Part shown: one piece after another, positions 14,401-26,823 of the stretch
Layout of the letters: every line of letters starts with the position of its first letter
Numbering within the stretch: the stretch's first letter is position 1
Source of the DNA: Lingula anatina
Lineage: Eukaryota; Animalia; Brachiopoda
DNA: 64,000 nucleotides
Direction: 5' to 3'
Assembly: GCA_051362555.1 (NCBI GenBank)
Contig: CM120647.1
Coordinates: 10,888,651 to 10,952,650 of the forward strand
Translations under genes and position numbers: made by a program
The notes under the pieces: model-generated
Databases searched by the model: none
Told to the model about the DNA's origin: nothing
What the model saw: only the letters and a program-made list of their open reading frames with translations

Positions 14401-14422
14401 CCAATAGACCTATAATACGTCA
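14401..14422 (+). promoter_or_regulatory. Candidate chitinase core promoter (CCAAT, TATA-like, half-CRE)
   Basis: ccaat 14401-14405, tataata 14411-14417 and acgtca, about 140 bp upstream of the predicted ATG. Confidence 0.35.
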
Positions 14423-14554
14423 CAGGGACGGCATCCTTGTGTCAACCAGATCTAAAAGGCGAATCAAAATGACATCGTAGAGAGACATACAAACTACTCT
14501 TGGTGATTTAAAGTGAAAAAGTTACACCCGGACTACCGTATATACAAGACGAGG

Positions 14555-17500
14555 ATGACCGAGGTAAGTGAGATAGAAACTGTAAGTATGCGTTTGTTCC
14601 AAATGATCTTGTCTGTTTGATGCTAACTGCTTATTTTTATTAACGATGTTACATTGTTTCTGCTGAATAAAACCATGAATTATAAAAAGACATCCCAAAC
14701 GGCCCAATATTACAGAATACGTGAAAATGATTATTTATTATGATAATTCTGACACCTTTTACAAATTTTAGAACCCGCGTCTAATATATGAAATTAGCAA
14801 CTAACGACTGGAAGCAACTAACGGCTGAAAGAGTGAAAATGAGACAGACTTGTAAATGATATTGATACATTATTTTCTATACTAGCACAATTTATTAGGT
14901 CTGAAAATAGGTTTTCAATCTCGAAGAAAAGTGTCATTTCTTCTCAATATTTGTTTTTAAGGTTTTGATCTACCTTGTCACCTTGGCCTGCTTGCTATGG
15001 GCACCAACAAAAGGTAATGAATGCAAAACTAAACAGAAAACATTATAGTAACAAGTAACTACCATGTATGAAAGACTGCACTGTCCTGACGAGCGTATCA
15101 TTCGATTCGTTAAATTATAATAATAATAACAAACTATATTGGCTACATAAATATACGTACTTCATCAATGTCCCAATATATTGCAGTTTCCTCAATTTTC
15201 AACAATTTATGTATGCATGTACGGTATTCACAGTAAAGTCAGGCAGATAAGTTGACAATTTTCTGATTACCAGTATTATCCATTTAATTGTTCTCCTTCC
15301 AGCCGACAAGAAAATATTCTGTTACTACAGCAGTTTTGCCCAGTCCAGGCAGGGCATGGCGCGCTTCCTTCCTGAGGATATAAACCCTCAGTTGTGTACG
15401 CACGTGCTGTTTGCCTTCGTGGATGTGTCCCCCGACGGAAGAAATCTGAAGCCTTCCAATCGAAATCACATATCACGTGGGGGGAAGCCAGGTGAGGACT
15501 GGGGTGGCGGAGGGGAAGGGGGATGGGTGGGAGGGGGGAAATGTTCTGGAATGGAGGTATAATAATGCCAAAGTTTTTTTCGCAAGAACGCCCTTGTAAG
15601 TGTCATGCGATTGCTTACAGCTTGTCATAGGTGGGGTAGAGAAAAGATGCATGTAAGTAACGAGAAGAGATCATGTCAATTACAGAGGAAATAATTTTGA
15701 CGTCATATTCGTCACATAGGTGTGACGTAACTGTCATATGCAAATGAGAGCCAATGTATTCATTGTCCTGACTAAAAGCATCTTTAAAGTTATTTCACTG
15801 CGTTAATTTAAAACCACATATATCCCACAAAGTTTCAAACGCAACTGTCTTGGTGAGACAAACGTTTTTATCAGTTGTAATAATTTTGCACAAAAAAATG
15901 GCTCCTTAATGGTACCTTAAAAAAGCAAACGCACGGGAGCCTATTTTCATCCACTGCAACAAAACCAAGCTTTATTAAGCCGACACACCCCCTCCTAGGT
16001 CTGTATGAGAGAACCGTAGCACTGAAACAAAGGAACCCGGACCTGAAGGTGCTCCTGGCCGTGGGTGGCTGGGCCCAGGGCTCCAAGCAGTTCGTCCCCA
16101 TGATGTCCAGCGTAGAGAACAGACAGGCCTGGGTGAGAAACGTGGTCAGATATCTCCGGAAGTACGGCTTTGACGGCCTTGATATGGACTGGGAGTTCCC
16201 TGGCGCCAGGGGTAGTCCCCCAGAGGATAAACAGAGGTTTACAAAGCTAATGAAGGTAAGCTAGAGATAATTCCGAGAGGTTTTACGAAGACGACACAGA
16301 CATACAATATTTGCAGAAATTATCTGAAAATTAAATTTATTATCAAAACTTTTAATGGACTGGCCACGTGCAAACGCCGCGCAAATCAGAAATCGCCACT
16401 GTTTGTACTATTGTACTTCTTTTTTGTTCTTTTACGTACATAGCATCTTATGATTGGTGGAATGTGCATAAGAAAACAATTTAGATTAGAATATTGTGAC
16501 ATCTTTACATTGTATCCAGGAACTGCAAGAGGCTTTCCGCAGTGAAGCCCAGATCTCGGGAAAGGATAAACTCCTCTTGACATTAGCGACAGCTGGCGGC
16601 ATGTACTTTATTAGCAAGAGTTACGAACCGGAATTGCTCATACCGTAAGGCACATTATCGATAGTGTGATATGAAATCTTTTTTCTTCTCTTACACATTA
16701 TGAAGTAAAAAATAAAAGCGTCTACAAGCGTCTATCCAGAGTCTCATATTTCTTGAAAGCTAGCCATTCGGTTTGTTAGCTACAAATAAACATTATGGCA
16801 TAGCTAAGAACGTACCTCACTTATGATACCAGTATTAGAGCAGGTTCTGCAATAAAGAGAGAAAGAGAGAGGATTAATTACGAAAAGATGCATGCAAAGA
16901 GGTTAGATATCTTTTACAACGGATAAAAGTCGGTTGTAAAAAATATTACTTGCTCTGAAAAAATGCAAATGCCTGTATATAATTGTACAAAATATGTTAT
17001 TTTCCCGGTAGCCACGTGGACTACTTCCTGCTTATGGCGTATAACTACCACGGGATGTGGGAGAAGTTCACGGGACATCACAGTGGGTTGTACCCCAGGG
17101 CGGACGAGAAGGACAGGGACAGGGAACTCAACCAGGTATTATTATCATTATCATCACTATCAGCGTTGAGGGCCTATAGTGTTTCAATGTTGGTTAATGG
17201 CCTCGACATACTTTTTCCAGTGTCTTTTATCTTAGGCTTCGAACTTCCAATTTAATTTCTTGAAATATTCGTCTGTCTCATCCCTCCATCTCTTACGTGC
17301 CCCCCCCCCCCCCCCTTTTGTTTCCTTGTCCGTATCGTGGGGTCCGTTTTGTCGGCCATATTGTCCATATGTCATTCCTGATTCAAAAAGGTATACCATG
17401 TCAGAATAATGTCTTGAGATGTCAACGCTGGATTACAATGTCTATGTTGCACATACAATGTGTCATGCCCACTGTAGTAAAATAATGGTAAATATACGAA

Positions 17501-18504
17501 TTGTAGCTATCTTTTAAAATAAGTTTCAACAACGATTTTTTCGCATTTTCCTTCATCTGTATTCCTTTTTTATACTACGCCTTAACATTATTTCATTCTT
17601 ACTACTTATTTAAGCACAATGGCGCTTTTGCAGGGCAATTTAATCCCAATAATGTATATTACAAATAAATCTTCGTCTTGTCTTATCTCAAACTGACTTC
17701 ATCCATTCCAATTTTTACGAGGTATCCTTTGCTACACTTTTACATCAGCAAATCTAATCGAAATGTCGTCATAACAAAGTCTTTTTTTCATTAGCAATGG
17801 ACAATTGAATTCTGGCTAGGGAAGGGAGCACGGAAAGAGCAAATAATTGTTGGCATAGCAACGTATTCCATGACCTTCACCCTCAGGGACCCCACCCAGC
17901 ACGGGCTCATGGCGCCAGCTACCGGCGCGGGAGAAGGCGGGAAATACACACGTGAGCCTGGAGTTATGGCCTACTACGAGGTAATGACCACCTTCTGGTC
18001 AAAGTTTCTTGTAGCATGCATTCATATGTAAACTGATGATAAATTTTGTGTCCCAGAAAAGACCTTTCAATTTAAATCTTTTAAATCTTATTGCTTGCAT
18101 GTATGTATACAGTATACAAAACATTGAGACTATATGAGGAATGTTTGATATGGTCCCGTATTCTGTTGGTCTTTATTGGTGTAACTTCAACACACAGCCA
18201 CAAAAGATAAAATCCACCACTGACTTTCACGACACACTAAGATGCAATTCGAATCCATACCTTGTGTATATTGCTTCTTTTTTAATGCAGGAATATTATT
18301 GTCTTTATAACTAGCAATAGCCTGTTATTTTTCTGCCATTGTAAACTTTCAGATTTGCCAGAACCTAAGAAGCGGCAGGTGGAACCGTGCTTGGATCGCA
18401 GACCAGATGAGTCCATATTACTATGGTGACCGTCAGTGGGGCGGATATGACGACGTGGAGAGCGTAACTTATAAGGCATGTAGGCCACCTCTCTTTTTCC
18501 ACTT

Positions 18505-18536
<32 letters not shown>

Positions 18537-19687
18537 CATTCTTAGTTTACATTTTAACAGTAATGCTACCGTGCTGTTGGTAGGTACTTTCATACGAGCA
18601 ATCTCGGCGTTGTGTGGCAGGGTTTCTTATTTCCGATTTTTACGGCGCTCATCACTTACATCCGATCATATTGGTTTTGTTGGCTTTGTGGTACAAACTT
18701 GTTGTTGTTCGGACACATGACGTGTACATTAGTTGCTGTTTATTGTACGGTAACATATACATTTATAACGTAATATTACATAATTATTTCCAGGCAGAAA
18801 ATATCATGTCTAGAAATCTGGGAGGAGCTTTTGTTTGGTCGGTAGAAATGGATGACTTCAGTGGAAAAGGCTGTAACCAGGGACCCTACCCCCTTCTCAC
18901 GAGAATAAACGAGATCTTACGTGGTAATTACAAAGTCGGTAAACTGTTCAATGAGAAAGGACCACAGCGCGCACCCACATCAAGGCATGAGAACAGACTG
19001 CAGAGCATTTCAAAAGCAGAGTTGGGTTATGACACGCACGGACCTCATAGAGCACCCAGCACCCCTGGGTACCACCAACAGGGACCAAGTTATCAGGGGC
19101 ACGGACCTCCAAGAACACCCAACCAAAGGCCCGGGTTTCAGCCCTTCAAACCTGTTCTCTATCATGAACAGACTCGACGAGGCCATCCAAGTAGTATTTA
19201 CACTACTCGCCAGCCACATTCCACAGTTTTGGGACACACCGGATATGGACATGCGCGTGGAAATTATCCCGTCAGAATACCACCAGGTAAGAGAGGTTGT
19301 GTTCTACCTGTAAATGTGTTAGAGAGGCATTGTAGTATTGTTTATATTTAAAGAAATAGGAAGTTTCTATTGCAAAAATTGTAGAAAATAAGATAATTTA
19401 ATGCATAAATTGTATGCAAATTACTCAAGAAAGTATAAAAACAAATGGGTTTTAAGTCGCATCTATTTAATGGATACAGAACGTATTCGTGTTCTAAACT
19501 AAATCTGTATATTTTAACTGCAGTGTTTTCGTGCCCGAGTGCGGGTCTTCATGGTGACGTCACGGAATGCGGGGCTTACTACGTGTGTATCAGGTCGTAT
19601 GATAAGTGGGTAGCATACCGCCTGCGTTGTCCTTCAAATCTTCAGTTCAACGCCATCCAGCATGCCTGCTACGGTATTTGCCACTAG
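14555..19687 (+). CDS. Secreted GH18 chitinase (chitotriosidase/AMCase-like) with His/Gly/Pro-rich linker and C-terminal CBM14, 10 exons, about 573 aa
   Basis: Exons 14555-14563, 14962-15013 (signal peptide VLIYLVTLACLLWAPTK), 15303-15491 (KIFCYY...LCTHVLFAF), 15999-16255 (KVLLAVGGW, FDGLDMDWEFP), 16520-16644, 17012-17135 (MAYNYHG), 17795-17980, 18353-18475, 18794-19286 (LGGAFVWSVEMDDF) and 19524-19687 (six-Cys chitin-binding domain). Phases are consistent (1722 nt). The 9-nt first coding exon is the least certain. Confidence 0.95.
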
Positions 19688-22370
19688 AATGACGTCACGG
19701 TATCCAACAATTACGTCACGGTAGTGAGTGACGTCCGAACTTGAAACTGAGATCACATATTAAAATAACGAAAGTGCCTGCTTTTATAGCGCCGTAGCTT
19801 TTTAACGTTAGTGGTATAAGAATGTACGTGACGTCACGTGATGGACAAACGTCAAATATTGTATTTTGACATTACATACTTTGAAATACATTGTTCATAT
19901 TCAAGTATTACACTTACGCCACGATTATTTGCTAATTGTACACAACCCTTTATAATGGTAAGAAAAAAAAAATGCTCAGAATGAAAAAACTTTGACAGAT
20001 TGCGTTAGTTGTTCCCCTCTCTTCAGATGAGATTGCTCTGTTAATTTACTGCGTCAAAAGCAGGAGTCTCAGGCATACCCTCTCCACCTCTTTTTCTCAT
20101 GCAAAGCAGACTGATAGCAGGGAATGTATCAACTAGTTTGTAAATATATCTTACCTGAATTCAATTTGTCTTGTTAAGCATGCAAAGAAGTGTGGGGTTT
20201 GGTTATACTTAACTTAAAACGCTTTGAGGGATAATCCACGTGCCGTCATAAGTTCGTTTCCCGACGCGTATGCTGGTTGTAGTGTTTATAGAGGAAGTAT
20301 AAACTGCAATCTTGATGATGGGTTAAGTAAAGGTTAAGCTCGTACACGACGAACTTAACTTGAAGGCAAGATTTTAGAGTGGGGAAAACTTACAAAACCA
20401 TGAAATAAGCCACGCGAAGAGGCAAGGGCGGGAGAGCGCATGAAATAACGGGAAATGACGGTATATGGGACGGGTGACAGGTGCTCACGTGCATGTTAAA
20501 TTCGCATGTATCAGAGAATAAACAGATCATTATAAACTCATGTTTTATCAAAACGGGCGTCATAACTGAACTGTTGATACACTTGTGGCGGTTACCATAA
20601 CAAAAAAAAAAAAAAAAAAGGTTAATAACAAAGAGCACTGTGGACTGCAAGTTGCTGTTTGGGTGGACTTCATAGATTATCCAGTCTTGCCACTCAGACT
20701 CCTTGTATACAAGTGGCTTTACTGTATGGTCGGTTAAGGGCAATAGAGGAGAATTAAAGCACTAAAAGTAGAGATTTTGCTTGCCTTGTATAAGTCGCAG
20801 ACATGAGAAATGTTAAAATGTGTACTGTACGAATGAAAATGAAAATTTCCAATTTCTGTGTCTACATATCCTGCAAATCTACTTATCTTCCCCAGTTCTG
20901 ATCTTAAAAACTCAGAACGACATGATGTTCTAAAGGACTGGCCAGTCAGTTATTTAGAACTAAATCATTATATTAAAGTGGAATAAAACATCAAATCCAA
21001 GTGCAGGGACGGATAAAGCAATATGGTTCGCGAGTAGCAGAAATTGCGTTTATTCCAGAAGAAAATTCATTTGGCGGCTTTATTCCGTATAGAGAACATT
21101 CTAACTTTGATAAAATTTTCGTGCAGACTGAGTGTGCGCGTGTACTAGTATGCTGAGTGCATCACACGAAAGCGGGTTGAAATCGTATCCAATAAGATTT
21201 TATTTAAACCCTACTAATCCCATCCACGGACTAGTGTATCCGAAGGGAAGTCAGACTATGCACCTAGCTCCCTAATCGCAGACCTTTAATACATTGAATA
21301 CACAAGACGCCGTGCCGGTATAAAAAGCAAACAAACAATGGCTTTCTGTGCACGAACCTGGCTGTGTACAAAACATAAACATCACCCCATAAAGCTTTCC
21401 GTTCAGCTCAGTGTATTGTGACTGTATTGCGAGTGGGGACTGGCCTTGACAATCCACCTCTGCGTTGTTTTGTCTCCGAAACAGCTCTGCAAATATTAAT
21501 GAACAACCACTCAAACGCTTTCATAACGTAATCATATATTGCATTTAACACCCCAACCCGTTCTTGAAGCTCCATTCTAACACCCGTCCCCTTCGAAGTC
21601 ATTTTCTACTTTAATGGCGTTTGCGTTTAAATGAACGGTTCGCGTGTGTGGAATCTAGCCGGGAATCCGCCCTGTGGAGCCCTGCGTTGCTGGCCCTTGG
21701 TTGCATTTGATCATTCGAAGTAGCAGCATCGTGGCAGTGTTAAAATAGGTTGTTAAACCAGGTATACAGTGTATCTGCAGCTGTGGACACGCGCGCCTAC
21801 TGCTCAGTTATATCAGGGTGGAGCTAGCCACGATAAAGCGGGTGCTACATTATATCGGAATTATGCATGAAGAACGGGAACAGCTCTGGACACATGTACT
21901 CTGACACAGTACGTTGTGTGACCAGCTAAATCATTCCGCTGCCAGAAGGTCAGCCGGAAGGCATGGCCACAGAGGAATCTCTAGTGTTGGCAGCGACATC
22001 GCATAATTAAAACATTTACCACCGTGTTGCTATGATTCAGGCGATCGTGATAGCGGTCTCTGTGTAACAGTGAGGCGTGAACGCGCACAGTGAAATTACA
22101 GCAAAATTAAGGTACAACTGAGGCACAAGGAGGCGCTTACGGTTCCTAAAAGCGACATGCACGCGAACGCATAGGACTGACATGTATCACAAAGCACGAG
22201 AATGAACGTTTCACAACGACGATGCTAGGATTAAGCAACTTAAAGCAGGGAGTCCAGAGAAGTGGTCGAAAAATGCAGTGACCAGGCCTGTCCAGAGAAA
22301 CTATAGCCACAGGAGAGACCAGAGAGAAACGCTTGTTTAGACTTCACATGGCCTTTTTATCCATTACGTC

Positions 22371-23252
22371 ATGGCACGTTCGCGTGAAAAGCCGGGGGCG
22401 CTCGAGCGCGTAATCACACCACGGATCAGCACCTATGTAACAACGACAAAAACAACCAGTTACCGGAGCCCCAGTTATACTGCGCGTGGTCTTATGAAAA
22501 CTGCAGCCGCCGGGCTGTTAAAGAACACCATGCAAGGAAGAGTGTACGACAACAATACGTACACTGTGCACGCGGCCAGTGGGCGCACTCTCAGCGCGGA
22601 CGAAATGGAGTCCGCCATACACAAGGACCACATCGTTATCATACCGGTGATAGCGCTGTCAGCGTTCTTAATAGCGTTCTGCTTAAAGTGTTCAGACTGG
22701 GTTAAGGAGGACGTGTATTTCAGCGACTACAAGGAGGACGCGAAGTACATCGGTCCTCAAAAGAACGTTGCTCACGGATTATTTCATATTACTTCTCGGC
22801 TTCTCCCAAATATGGCGGCCATGATACAGCCCCCACCCTGCGCGCCCCAGGACAAGGAGGGGGACACAGACTTCACCGTTAAAGAAATGAAAGATTGCAA
22901 AGACTTGCCCAACGGGAGAACACAGAAACAAAATGCACATTCAAACCAATGTTCTAGACATGGAAACGCACAGAGAATTTCCAAAGATAAAATAATTAAA
23001 GGGACGGGTTTGAAAAAAGAACGCCGGACGACGAACACTCCAAGGGACTGCGTTATTGAGATTAAGGCAAACATGTCAACGGAAATGACAGTACAGAAAG
23101 TCGATACCTGCACTCAAACGGATTTATCCCATTTATTGAAAGTTTTTCAGGACTTCTATACAAGAGAAAGCGCTCAGGCGAAGACGGAAAACTGTGCTCA
23201 CAAACCCGACCCTGATCTTCTTTCACCAGCTGCTCCTCTGCTCGCTGTGTGA
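22371..23252 (+). CDS. Uncharacterised single-pass membrane protein, paralog A (293 aa, intronless ORF)
   Basis: Thr-rich N-region, hydrophobic IVIIPVIALSAFLIAFCL, then LKCSDWVKEDVY...VAHGLF shared with ORF 29541-30374. ATTAAA at 23272. No signal peptide, so the true start may lie in an upstream exon. Confidence 0.8.
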   Translation: MARSREKPGALERVITPRISTYVTTTKTTSYRSPSYTARGLMKTAAAGLLKNTMQGRVYDNNTYTVHAASGRTLSADEMESAIHKDHIVIIPVIALSAFLIAFCLKCSDWVKEDVYFSDYKEDAKYIGPQKNVAHGLFHITSRLLPNMAAMIQPPPCAPQDKEGDTDFTVKEMKDCKDLPNGRTQKQNAHSNQCSRHGNAQRISKDKIIKGTGLKKERRTTNTPRDCVIEIKANMSTEMTVQKVDTCTQTDLSHLLKVFQDFYTRESAQAKTENCAHKPDPDLLSPAAPLLAV

Positions 23253-25434
23253 CTGTAAATATTTGAAATACATTAAAACTTCTCGTGGATTTTTTTTTTC
23301 ATAACAGCGCTGCCATTAATAACTGCTGTATAAGAAACTGCAGTCTTAAAAGAGATTATCTCCGGTACAAAAAATGCTTAGAGTGTATTTGACACGTTAG
23401 AGAGAGATCGTTATTGTATAACAAGGTTTAATAGAAAAAAGTGCACCATAAAAGGGAGGAGAGGCATTTTTCAGTATAATTGCAGTGGTTCTATTAGTTA
23501 TCGTTCATAGCTGCAAACAAACCTACGGTTTTGATAAAGTTGGCATCTTCTTTAGACCACGTAAAATGCAGGCAAGGCTTTAAGTCCCTGTAAAAGTAAA
23601 TATATATTGTCTAGTTCTTCATATTCCGCACTCAGTGCATGTTTACAATTAATAACAATAAGTCTGGCATATTTTGGGGGGGCCCGATTCAGACTAGGGG
23701 TAGACATTCTCACCATCTGTGGAAGGACACCGCCCTCTACAGGGGCCAGAGGTGCATTTTTCACAAAATATTCACAGCTAGATATGTTCATGGCAAATTC
23801 ATGGCAATTTTTCCGCTGTAAGACAGAATTTGTGCATGGAATTGATTTCATCACTGTCGCCTCTAGTATAAAATAGGAGGATACAATCCAGCTGCCGTAT
23901 GAGGCACTGGAAGCTAGCATTAAGAAACAATCTATTTCACCGCCAGACCAGGTTACAGGACTTCCCTCCCTGCCTGTGCCACCGGTGCCGCTTGTTGATA
24001 AAATAGCACGTCCTCTTCTAAATGTTATTTCCACGTTAAGTCAAAGTAGGAAAAAAGAGTGTGAAAAAAAAACTTTTTATTCAGTCAGCAGCTGATATTG
24101 AAATTGTTTAGCATCAACATTTCGATGTCTATCTAGAGCATCATCATCATCAGGGAATGAGGCTATCTGGGTGAATAGCCTCTATTTCAATATTATCTGT
24201 TGATTGAAGGAAAATTATTTTATTCTTATTTTCGTGTCGCATTTACTGGTTGCGGTAATGTAAAAGGTATATGTCACATTCCAATTTATCTCCTTTAATA
24301 AGATCCTCCCTGATGTGAGTCACGGTAGTGACAGTTGACGATAGCTCATTACATACTGTGTCTGACGCTGTCTCCACAGGAATGGTTGTGTAATAATATT
24401 GCACAATATTCATCATATAAATGTAGTATTTTACAGAGAGGAAAGACATTGGGAGAGGGGGGCGTGCGCACAAATCTGGATTTATACAGATTTACAGATT
24501 CAGAAGTTGAATATTTGTTGAAAGCTCATCACATACTGACTAAAATCTTTAAAGTGTCTTTTTACACCTAAAAACTCTTACAGAAGAGAATATAAAAATA
24601 TAGGCCTACTGAGGTTACTTCAACGGTGGGGTTGTGTTTAAGGGGAGAGGGGGCGGGGTACGGGTAATTCAGTCAGAACATGGGCTTATTTTGATATTAT
24701 GTTTTGTACGTGCACATTACGTGCAATTTAATTATGAACAGTATTGATAATTATGTACATATTGCACAAGTGAATGTAAATAAAAACATAAATAAATCAA
24801 TATAGGCTATCAACTTTCAACAGAAGCAAGTCCACAGTAGACAAGGTATATTTGCGAACAACAACTATATGGTTTACGGTTACCAGATCACACAAAGTCA
24901 GCTCCCAAGTTGGACCAATGATTGGTCTAGAGAAGTATAGTTTGACCAGACACCTTGGTCTGCAAGCCACCACTTCTCTTTATACATTAACCTGTATCAC
25001 GTCATACAACAATCAGACTTGTAAGTTACATTCCGTATTATGTTATGATCTGTCATTTTTTTATTTTGGCATATGCAATTCTCTTAATATTTTTCGTTGC
25101 CGTTGTGTTTGCGGCTCACTTGCCAAACAAGAAATTTGTGACACGCAAAATTCACGATGGGCTTTGAGATTTCGATAAAAAAAAACAAAAAAACAATCAA
25201 GTAACCAAGTTATCAAGTCAGTTTATTGCGTGATGACAACTTTATCCCCAATGTTACGAATTTTTATTTTATTTATTTATTATTTTGAAAATAAAAATGT
25301 TAGTAGCGTTGTTGGTTAGTTAGTGAATTATCAATATCTCAGGCTGAGGAAGGTTGGAAGATTCATTAGTTTTATTTCTCTCACTCGGACAGCACTGGAC
25401 GGCACGCAGACAGGAGTAGTCTCTCTCCCCCACC

Positions 25435-25465
<31 letters not shown>

Positions 25466-26411
25466 AATATATGCAATTAAAGAAAATGAACCGACCTTGC
25501 CTAGTTCTCCAGATATGTACCAACCTGTTACATTAATTCAGTAACTAACACCACTGCCGTGTCAATCGATATCGCAATGTAATCATAATCACAGATTGCT
25601 GCTCGACAAATTAATTTAAGAAACTGTTGGCCATGGTTACGAAATAATAACACGCAATTTCGGCGCTTCTACGACCATTTCTAAATTGCCAGTTGCCTTT
25701 CTGACGTTCACAGTAAGTCTGACAAATATTACCTCTATATTATAATCGGCTAAGTGCACACTTGGCGGACATGGCATTTCTTGGAGAACTTTATGATACT
25801 TTATGATAGTCTTACTCTTAATAGAGACACAGCTGAAGAGGCCATTCCACAAACTAGTGGGCAAGACCATATGCGGCCATGCTGGCCAAGGCGGGTTGTG
25901 GAGGTTAACATGGACATCTGGACCCGTGGCATATGGTAATATTGACTTAATATGAAGGCGGAGGATGAGTCCCTGTGAAAAATCCATTTCCAGGACATGT
26001 TCGGCAAAAAATACCTGCACCCCCTTCCCCACATCCCGCTTGCATCCCCCTCACACACACACACACCAAGACATACACACCCTCCACAGATATCATACAA
26101 TGATTGGGGACTAAACTTGACGATACACAGCTGCAACTTAATGTCCCCTACTGATACCTTGGTAAACAACATCATTATATAACTTCAATGGCAAAAAGCA
26201 CGCCAACTGAAATGCTGTTTTACAATAAGTGACATAAGGATAAAGAAAAGGTCTCGTAGCTCCACTGCATATGAAAGGGAAGGGGAGTGCAATTTCAAAG
26301 TAGGCCTACTCATGAAAGAAGATACCTATTAAATTAGCTCAAGAACCGTGGAAGAATTTTTTTAAACTTCGAAGCAACATCTCGGTTTTCTTCCTCGTTG
26401 GGAGCGTTAAG

Positions 26412-26562
26412 ATAAACTTGTCGGTCTAGCTGGACCGATCCAACTCTGCAGAGATTCTCGTTTAAGTGCAGTCAAAGTAATCAGCTTAATTGTCTGGCTT
26501 TAGCGAGAATCCCCTCGGAGTTGGATCGATCCAGCTAGTACCATGGGTTCATCTGAATACAG
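26412..26562. mobile_element. Palindromic MITE-like remnant related to the adjacent element
   Basis: ctagctggaccgatccaactc...gagattctcg is inverted against cgagaatcccctcggagttggatcgatccagctag. Confidence 0.6.
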
Positions 26563-26567
26563 AATTA

Positions 26568-26823
26568 GGGCTCATTCTTTATGAAACTATCGGTCCAAGT
26601 AGATCGATCCAAATCCGTGAGGACTCTCGCTGAATGCAATCAGATTAACAGATTAACGCGCCTCCTCTTGTTTCCAACGTACTTGTATAACCAGCAGCTT
26701 TTCTGTATTTTATTCAACGCTAGGAAGAGACGTATTAATCTCTCAATCTGATTGCATTCAGCGAAAGTCCCTGTGGAGTTGGATCGATCTAAGTAGATCA
26801 AAAATGTCATTGGAAATGGGGCC
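26568..26823. mobile_element. PIF/Harbinger (Tourist-like) MITE
   Basis: Long imperfect TIRs (gggctcattc...tagatcgatccaa...ctgaatgcaatcagatt against aatctgattgcattcagcg...ttggatcgatcta...aatggggcc), flanked by TTA on both sides. Confidence 0.7.

Noticed and set aside
23552-24034. 160-aa minus-strand ORF between the two membrane-protein paralogs
   Set aside because: Non-ATG start, no recognisable motif, no similarity to the paralogs.
25637-26175. Overlapping 124-131 aa ORFs
   Set aside because: No recognisable domain or convincing splice context; partly microsatellite-derived.
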